Shown one piece after another: positions 55,546-64,000 of a DNA stretch of 64,000 bases. Position 1 is the first letter of the stretch. Every line of letters starts with the position of its first letter. The notes below the pieces were generated by a model. That model saw nothing but the letters and a program-made list of their open reading frames with translations, was not told where the DNA came from and ran no database searches. The stretch lies in assembly GCA_012295275.1 (NCBI GenBank), contig CM022672.1:3162001-3226000 (forward strand), written 5' to 3'. The DNA is from Chrysomallon squamiferum. Its lineage: Eukaryota > Animalia > Mollusca. Both the position numbers and the translations under genes were made by a program.

Positions 55546-55809
55546 GTAAAAAATTGTTTTGAGTCTTCAGTACCACACTTCTCATAATAATAATAATAAT
55601 AACAATAATAATAATAATAACGATAATAATAATATAATGATTGTTTCATATCTAAATAAAGGCAATGGTATCAGAGATGTGTGTGTGTGTGTGTGTGTGG
55701 TGTGTTGTGCCCGTGTGCGTGCGTGCGAATAGATTTTATCCAGTCAAGTGAGCTTATAATTTACCTGAACTTACCCTTCACATCGCATTCCATTGCATTT
55801 TTTTTACAG

Positions 55810-56046
55810 ATACGGAGAAACCCGCTTTCATCAACTGCCCCAACACGACTGTGAAGTCATTCAGCACGACTGTGAGGTGGCCGGACATCAGAGCCAAGGA
55901 CAACTCTGGCTCCGTGTCAGTAAATCTGACCATTGGTCAGCCATCAGGGTCAAACTTCACTGTGGGGTATCACGTAATCAAGTACGATGCTGAAGACCTG
56001 TCTGGGAACAAAGCTTATCCTTGCGTGTTTACAGTCAAAGTTGAAG
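55810..56046 (+). CDS. HYR domain 2
   Basis: Encodes DTEKPAFINCPNTT..VRWPDIRAKDNSG..PSGSNFTVGYHVIKYDAEDLSGNKAYPCVFTVKVE. Confidence 0.92.
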
Positions 56047-56572
56047 GTAAATACTTACACACGTACGTACACAAATATAACACAAATTTGTTACGTACAT
56101 AGTAACACATATATATGCATACATACAAGCATACTCGCACACACACACATATTCACATACATATACACATACAGACACACACACAAACTCACACACACAC
56201 ATATATATATATGCACATACATACATTGATACACACAGACACATACATACACACATAGATACACATACATACATATGTACATATGAACATGCATACATGC
56301 ATACATACATACATACAAATTATATATATATATTTATATATGTATATACACACACACACACATATGCATATTTAAAAAAAAGTTATTGTGAATATCATAT
56401 TCATGTTTTTTACCATCTTCTGGAGCAATGCAATCTGTTTTCAATTGCTGATTCATTCACTCATTCAACTGTTCATTCATTCATTCATTAATCAATTCAC
56501 CTGTTTATTTCATTCATTCATTCATTAATTAATCAATTCACCTGTTCATTCATTCATTTCATTTCTTCCCAG

Positions 56573-56803
56573 CACTGTTTTGTTCCAACCCCTCGGACGC
56601 GTTCGTCAATGACTCGCTGCTGGAGTTTGTCGACTGCGGCTCGGACCAGGACAGGTTTGTGGAGAACACCGTGTGTCACCTCGAGTGCAGGACGGGCACT
56701 CTGCTGGGCGCGAAGTACGTCAGGTGTGACAGGAACAGCTCGCGCGTGGGGACGGCCACGTGGGTCTTCGCGAGCAGCGAGAAGCCATTTTGTATGCAAG
56801 CGA
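56573..56803 (+). CDS. Sushi/CCP domain 6 (extended)
   Basis: Encodes LFCSNPSDAFVNDSLLEFVDCGSDQDRFVENTVCHLECRTGTLLGAKYVRCDRNSSRVGTATWVFASSEKPFCMQA; donor GTATGT. Confidence 0.85.
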
Positions 56804-56953
56804 GTATGTGAGATCTCATTGCAGATTTCAGATAATAACAGAGTAAAATAAAAAATAAATAAATAAATAAAAAATTGAAAAAGAAAATGAAGAAGAAAAG
56901 CTAAAAGAAAAATAGCTACAACAAGAAAAATAATGATGATGATGATGATGATG

Positions 56954-56986
<33 letters not shown>

Positions 56987-57247
56987 TGAAATAGTAATAG
57001 CTCTTGCAAATGTAGATGGCAGTTATAGTTCTTATAGTAGCAGTAGTGGTAGTGGTAGTAGTAGTAGTAGTAGTATATGTAATTGTAGTTGAAGGAGTAG
57101 TAATTGTGAGTAGTAACAGCACTAGCTTTTGTGTATGTGTGTCAGCGTGTGTTTGTTTGCGAGCGGGTATTCGTGCATGCGTGTGTGCGTGCATGCGTGT
57201 GTGCGTGCGTGTTAAATAACTATCAAAGGTAAATTTTATTTTTTCAG

Positions 57248-57301
57248 TTTCTAAAAGTATCGGAGTCATTCTGTTATCTCATATTCCTGCGAAACATCTC
57301 G
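57248..57301 (+). CDS. Candidate 54-nt cassette exon between Sushi 6 and Sushi 7
   Basis: TTTTTTCAG acceptor and G|GTAAGT donor; symmetric open frame ISKSIGVILLSHIPAKHL. Confidence 0.5.
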
Positions 57302-57464
57302 GTAAGTATTAATAATAATTGTAACTATAATAATAAAAACAACAATGAGTAAAAGAAAGAGAAGCTTAGGGAAAAAGTGAAAACGAAAGTGAGATAGGAA
57401 ATAATATTGTTAGACTCGTAAGTTTAATTTTAAATAATAACAACAACAACAACATCACGCCACC

Positions 57465-57496
<32 letters not shown>

Positions 57497-57665
57497 AATA
57501 ATTCTTATTATTATTCATTACAATGATGATTATGACGATGTTATCAACAACATCAACAACAGTAATATGAATAAATATAATAAGTCATGATAATATAATA
57601 AATATATTAATTAATTAAAAATATTATGATGATGATAACAGTAAAAAGAATGTGAAGACAAAACA

Positions 57666-57697
<32 letters not shown>

Positions 57698-58033
57698 TAA
57701 TAATAACGGCAACAATGACGACAATAATAAAAACTTCAACAGCAACAACAAAAGCAACAACAGTTACACCAACAACAACATAAAAAAAAAAAATACAAAA
57801 TCACCGAATCAGTACCAAAAAACTATTACGACACTTACAACAAAAATTAGAAAATATTAAATAAATACCTCTCTAAAGCACGCATAACACAAAAAAAAAA
57901 AAAAAAAAAAAAAAACCAACAGAAACAAACAAATCACTTGACGCGTTGGCCAGCAAACTGAAAATGAAAAGCTGACGTTGAGTGAAGCTGAGACTTGAAG
58001 TCCTCACGGATCGCGTTCTACGTTTGGTTTCAG

Positions 58034-58222
58034 AGAGAAGGTGCCCAGCTCTCGCCTCTCCGGCTCACGGCTCTCTTTCCTGCAAACACTTGTCCTACCA
58101 GACGGTGTGCAAACTCCAGTGCTGCAGCGGTTACGACGTAGCACGACGTTCTCAAGACACGTACACGTGCAGAGAAAACTCAAAGTCGTGGTCTCCGTCT
58201 GACGCGGTGCCGTCCTGCAGAG
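58034..58222 (+). CDS. Sushi/CCP domain 7
   Basis: Encodes RRCPALASPAHGSLSCKHLSYQTVCKLQCCSGYDVARRSQDTYTCRENSKSWSPSDAVPSCR. Confidence 0.9.
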
Positions 58223-58620
58223 GTAAATGTACTCATTTTACAAATTTTCTCTCTTTTACAGAACTGGTGATTATTGTAAGCTTTTTTTTGTTAGTAGACA
58301 AATCAACAAGTAGTGTTAGAAATACAGGGATTGATGAATAATGACTGGTTTTTTTTGTTTCTTTGTGACTGTTTTTTTTTTTTTTTTTTTTTTTTTGTGA
58401 ATGGGTCCCAAAAGCAAAATACAAATTTGGGCAATTTGCTAAGATTTTTTTTTTTTTTTTTATAAGATCGGAATATAAAATATATGATATCAGTTTGTGT
58501 GTGTTTGTTGTGTGTGTGTGTGTGTGTGTGTGTATTTATTTATATATTTTATGTATTTATTTATATGTGTATATTTGTATGATATATATGTATATTATAT
58601 TTATATGATATATATCTATC

Positions 58621-58659
<39 letters not shown>

Positions 58660-58820
58660 TACATACAAACATATAAATATGTATATGCATGTGTATGTAT
58701 GTATGTATGTATATAATGTCTATATATATATGTATATAATGTATATGTATGTGTGTATGTGTGTGTCTATGTATATATCCTCTCTACCCATCTCGCTATC
58801 TTGTTAATAATTTATTTCAG

Positions 58821-59564
58821 AGCTAGAAATCCCAGCACGATATCGTCTGACTTCAGAGTTTTACTTTCACTGCAGCCGTTTTGACGAACAATCAACGAAG
58901 ATGAAGATAGAAACTAATTTCTTCATCGCGATGAAAAAATCGGCGCTGCGATGGGACGTGTGCGGTGAGGCTGAATGTAAAGTAGATAACGTTGTCATCA
59001 AATACGACGAAGATGCTGATCAGCGTAACTCGACACCCACCAGAGACAAAAGAAGCCCTTCTTCAGACGTATTTGTAGAGATGACCACACTGCCTGCAGG
59101 TCGGATTCACCGCAGCTTGTCAAGGTTTACAGAATCATCACAAAATACAGTAACCAAGCATCCAGCAGCATCAGAACTGAATGAAACGTTTTATTCATGG
59201 TCTGGAGAACAAGATGAATCTGGCCCAGAGGAAAATGAAGCTAATATAACGACTGTTCCCTCAGAATCTGAAAATTTCACCTCTGAAGCCTACTCAAGGT
59301 CTGAATCTGAAGACTCCGAGAGAAAAGATGGCGGAACAGGACTGAGAAATATTCTTGTCACTTTAAGATTTGATCTTGTCATGCTGGCCAAGAAGACAAA
59401 GTTTGAAACAGCAGACGCATTACTTACTGATATAGTCGAAGAAACGTCAAAAAGCCTACAACGTTCTAGAGATGGTTTTCCTCTGAACGACTCCAAAATA
59501 TTTGACTTGACAGTAGAATGTCCACCTGGTTTAACAAACGCCAAGAACAATAAAGGAAAATGTG
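58821..59564 (+). CDS. Large exon: globular segment interrupted by an acidic Ser/Thr-rich linker with an RDKR site
   Basis: 744-nt open exon that includes the tracked ORF from 58901 and ends ECPPGLTNAKNNKGKC G|GTACGC. Confidence 0.88.
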
Positions 59565-60013
59565 GTACGCATAATTACATTGTCTCACTGTCTTGTTGTA
59601 GTAAACAAACAAAAAATGAAAACTTTCATTACTTGTAACAGGATTTTGTCTTGAATTCAGGATGCATTAAATTCCGCACATTGGATGTACTTGTGAATCT
59701 ATGTTTGTATGTACGGATGTAGGTATGTATAATGTGTGTTGGTGTGTGTATCTATGTATGTTTGTATGTATATATTAGGTGTGTGTGTTTGTGTGTGTGT
59801 GTGTATGTGTGTGTTTGTATGTATGTATGTATGCATGAATGTGTGTTAACGTATATATGTATATATGTGTATATATATATATAAAATGTCAAAATTTTCA
59901 TTATCATCATCATCTTTATTATTATTATTATTATTATTATTATTGTTGTTGTTGTTGTTGTGTTGATGTTGTTGTTGTTGTTGTTGTTATTTCTTTATTT
60001 CTTTATTTTGTAG

Positions 60014-60175
60014 TGACCTGTGGAGAGGGAACTTTCTATGACGAAGATGTCAGATCCTGTGTTCCCTGCCCCAGGAACACGTATCAGGATGAGTTTGGCA
60101 AATCGTTCTGTGTACAATGTCCCCGAGGAAAGGCGACTCTTGGCAACGGAACAAAAAGTCTGGATGGTTGCATGG
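60014..60175 (+). CDS. Ephrin_rec_like (GCC2/GCC3) cysteine-rich repeat 1
   Basis: Encodes TCGEGTFYDEDVRSCVPCPRNTYQDEFGKSFCVQCPRGKATLGNGTKSLDGCM. Confidence 0.92.
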
Positions 60176-60705
60176 GTAAGTAACAACAGCGAGTTCTTAG
60201 TCTGGACAGTGTGATGTGATATGCATCGTGTGTCTGTGATTAATGAAACACCCTCGCAGGATAACCACGTACTTAAATGTTGTTATTATGAATGTAAATT
60301 TATGGAAATTAGTTGTGTTGTTAATATATGTTGGTGTGTGTTTTTTTTGTTTTTTTTAATGTGATTATTCATCATTATATCATTTTTATTTATTTATTTA
60401 TTTATTATTTTTGTATTGTTTTAATAAAAAGCCAAGAAATAAATTAATACATACCTACATACATACATACATACATACATACATACATACATACATACAT
60501 ACATACATACATGCAAACATACACACACACACAAACATACGTCCGTGCATACGCAAACAAATAAACATACACACCCATATACAAACATGACAAATATATT
60601 TAAAATGTTTTGTAGTACCAGTAAGCCTTCTTAATTCAGATAAACAGTATGAGATATATCTGTATTTTATAAAATGAACATAATAACGTGCATAGATTAT
60701 TTCAG

Positions 60706-60861
60706 ATGCTTGCCTTCCACATCATTTTTCGCTAACAGGACTGAAACCTTGTTCTCCCTGCCCTCCAGGATCTATTCAGCCACAAGAGGGCAGCAAATAC
60801 TGTCAGAAGTGTCCACTTGGAACTGTCGTCAATGCAGAGACAAATGAACTCGTCTGCACGT
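60706..60861 (+). CDS. Ephrin_rec_like cysteine-rich repeat 2
   Basis: Encodes DACLPHHFSLTGLKPCSPCPPGSIQPQEGSKYCQKCPLGTVVNAETNELVCT; donor GTAAGT. Confidence 0.9.
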
Positions 60862-60889
60862 GTAAGTAATCGGGACAAATAAAGATTTG

Positions 60890-61323
60890 CCTTTACGATT
60901 AGAACATACGTCTATCGTAGAATAAGATTCTCTAACGTCCATCGTAAATTCAGGTTCTTTTACATCTTGTGCTACAATGTTATGTTGCGTAGGGACATAT
61001 CCCAATGTCGCGTATCCTGATCCTTTAGTCGTGATGTATAAGCTTAAGGATACTAGATAGGGACGTGATACCCCTACGACATTTCTAGAAGTCCGGCCCA
61101 AAAACGTTGGGCATCCTTACGAATGTTATGTGGGAACCGAGCCCTGCCACGGCTAGGAGGAATCGAAAAACGCTGAAAGTTCCACGGCGAGGATAACAAC
61201 GCAAGCCTGACGCCGTCGCAAGATTTCATCAAATGGATGTGTGATTCAGTCGTTAACGTTAGCGTGCTAAGGAAGATGTATCCCTTTTCTGTCTGATTAT
61301 GTAGAATAGTCAGGTTCTTTTTT
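60890..61323. ncRNA. Unidentified structured intronic element (candidate ncRNA or non-autonomous retro-element)
   Basis: At least 8 nested complementary segment pairs, 12-bp direct repeats 360 nt apart, and a terminal hairpin followed by T6. No family recognised. Confidence 0.4.
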
Positions 61324-61952
61324 AATTTAAATTTCTACCTTATTTTAATTTCTATCATGAATACAACGTTACTGAGTTATCATGATAGACTTAAAATTGA
61401 ATTCTATAATCTAAATAGATATAACTTTCGTTGAAAGAATAAACTTTTAAATTGTAAATGAGCTCAAGTCTGGTGTAATACCAGTGACATTTCATTTGTT
61501 ACAAATGATATAAATGAACAACTACGTTTTGTAATAGAATTTATCTTTGACTTACATAACTATATACATACATACATTCATGTACATTCTTACATACATG
61601 CATACACACATATATACATACATACATACACAAACACACATACATACATACATACATACATACATACATACATACATACATACATACATACATACATACA
61701 TACATACATACATACATACATACATACATACATACATACATACATACATTTTTATTAAGTGCCCTAAAACATACTTGTATAACAAACAGCAGATCATTTA
61801 TCGCAGGAAATACAGTTCGTCCACAAAAGCTATATTTTTATTAAGTGCCCTAAAATATACAGTTTAACTGGCATCATGTCTTGCTGCTACGTACAGTGAA
61901 ATTAGGATACATACACGACTAAATAAAATTCAGCTTTGAAATCTGTTTTCAG

Positions 61953-62521
<569 letters not shown>

Positions 62522-62669
62522 GTATAAAAAGGAAAGCGAAAGTGAGATAATAATAATAATAATAATAATAAAATAATAATAATAAAAATAACAATAAATA
62601 ATAATAATAATAATAATTAATAATAATAACAATAATAATAATAATAATATACTTTAATTTAATTTTCAG

Positions 62670-62677
62670 ATTCGTGA
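62670..62677 (+). CDS. Probable terminal coding exon (D-S-stop) of the Sushi/HYR gene
   Basis: TTTTCAG acceptor; phase-1 join gives GAT TCG TGA; AATAAA at 62769. Confidence 0.5.
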
Positions 62678-63646
62678 GAAAACGTTCTGCTGAAAAAGGG
62701 ACTGCCTGAATATATTATCGAAGAACAAATGTCACTGCTTTACTTCAGGAAAATATATTACAGAAACGAATAAAAATAAATAAATAAATAGAGAGAGAGA
62801 GAGAATATATATATATAATTTAGAGCCTTTTCTTTTCCTGATAAATGGATTCTTATCTATCTGTAACCTTATAATGTTGTATTTAATCGTGTGCATTATT
62901 GTGATATACAGAAGGTTTACAACCACTGTGATCTGATCCACAGAACAAAATGTACCGAAGGATATAAAATTTAAAAGCAGCATTAATAAGGTTGATCAAG
63001 AGTACAGTTAAACAACAGGTTAATCCATCCCTTAATGGATCTTATCACCAGTAATTTTATCTCTGAACAATCCAGACTGAAATCCTGTTTTCCTGGGGTT
63101 AGACCGCTCAGGTTATCATCCCTGTGTATTTCTAAAACATTGTTTAGACAATTATTGAATCGTTCTGTTGGTTTGTAGCAGTTAAACGCATTTTATAATA
63201 TGTTAGGAAAATAATTTTTTTTTTTTTTTTTTTTTTATATATATAATGTGTCTTTATCTATTTCTTTGATAAATATTACGGAATTTGATTAATTTGTATA
63301 AAAATAAATAAATGAAAACATTTCTATAAATATATGATTCAAGAATTAATGTTATTATGCTATAAAACTATAAAACCTGATAATAAAGATGTTTGACTAA
63401 AAATGTATATGGATGTGGAAGAATTTTATTATATGATATAAATTTAGTCATTTAATAAAAGGTTCTTCAAGTAGTTGATAGTTAATAATATTACCTTATT
63501 ACGGTGTTTTTTTCTATTTTTTTTTTTTTTTCATTCTCTTTTTAACTATTTTTTTTTTTTTTTTTTATTTTAATATTTTTTTTTTTTTTTTAAATTAGTT
63601 TTTCTTTATTATTATATTGTTGCTATTACTATTACTTTTATTATTA

Positions 63647-63689
<43 letters not shown>

Positions 63690-63888
63690 CATCATTATTT
63701 ATAATAGATTGTGTGAAATTTATTTAATTAATAATATGATATAACAAACATTATTTTATACGCGCACAGAGAGACATAGGCAGAGAAAAACAGACATACA
63801 GATAATCATTAAAACATTAATTCAAACACGAAAATAATAAGCACAAAATGTACTTGTAATAATTTTTTTTTTACCGTACTACACTAAA

Positions 63889-63927
<39 letters not shown>

Positions 63928-64000
63928 ACGACGCAATATACACACAACTATGGTGTACTGACTAACACGGTATTACAATAATTTTTCTAGGAAGGATGGG

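Noticed and set aside
61085-61165. Hairpin-, twister- or cobalamin-riboswitch-like words (AGAAGTC; GGAACCGAGCCC..GAGG; CCCTGCCACGG)
   Set aside because: The required partner helices and conserved core nucleotides could not be placed; only the generic structured-element claim is kept.
61749-61860. ~26-bp direct repeat TTTTTATTAAGTGCCCTAAAA.ATAC (similar short duplications at 34742-34804 and 7918-7972)
   Set aside because: Real but most simply local slippage duplications, with no further structure.

Overview
AT-rich, microsatellite-dense animal genomic DNA. It is probably a mollusc (gastropod), which is an inference from a SINE-like repeat and the gene architecture. Most entries in the six-frame ORF track are microsatellite artefacts, so the real genes were reconstructed by hand from splice sites. 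(1) A signal-peptide first exon of an unidentified minus-strand gene that runs off the left edge (106..43). (2) A complete 7-exon IMP3 gene (U3 snoRNP protein, 183 aa; 6978..43344, +) with a 27.4-kb second intron and a U12-type minor-spliceosome intron. (3) An ankyrin-repeat/SOCS-box (ASB-like) gene (45182..46255, +). (4) A ~20-exon gene for a secreted SVEP1-like protein of about 1200 aa (49534..62677, +) with the order signal peptide, HYR, 5 Sushi, HYR, 2 Sushi, linker, 2 Ephrin_rec_like repeats, EGF. It carries two single-base indels, and its EGF domain is split in frame by a ~430-bp GA microsatellite. One intron of this gene holds an unexplained, highly base-paired ~430-nt element with 12-bp direct repeats and a terminal hairpin plus T-run; this is the best candidate for an undescribed RNA or mobile element. 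Also present: 38-bp and 26-bp minisatellites, two MITE-like families, SINE relics, and a visible CpG depletion confined to the IMP3 gene body, interrupted by motif-rich CpG-retaining patches.
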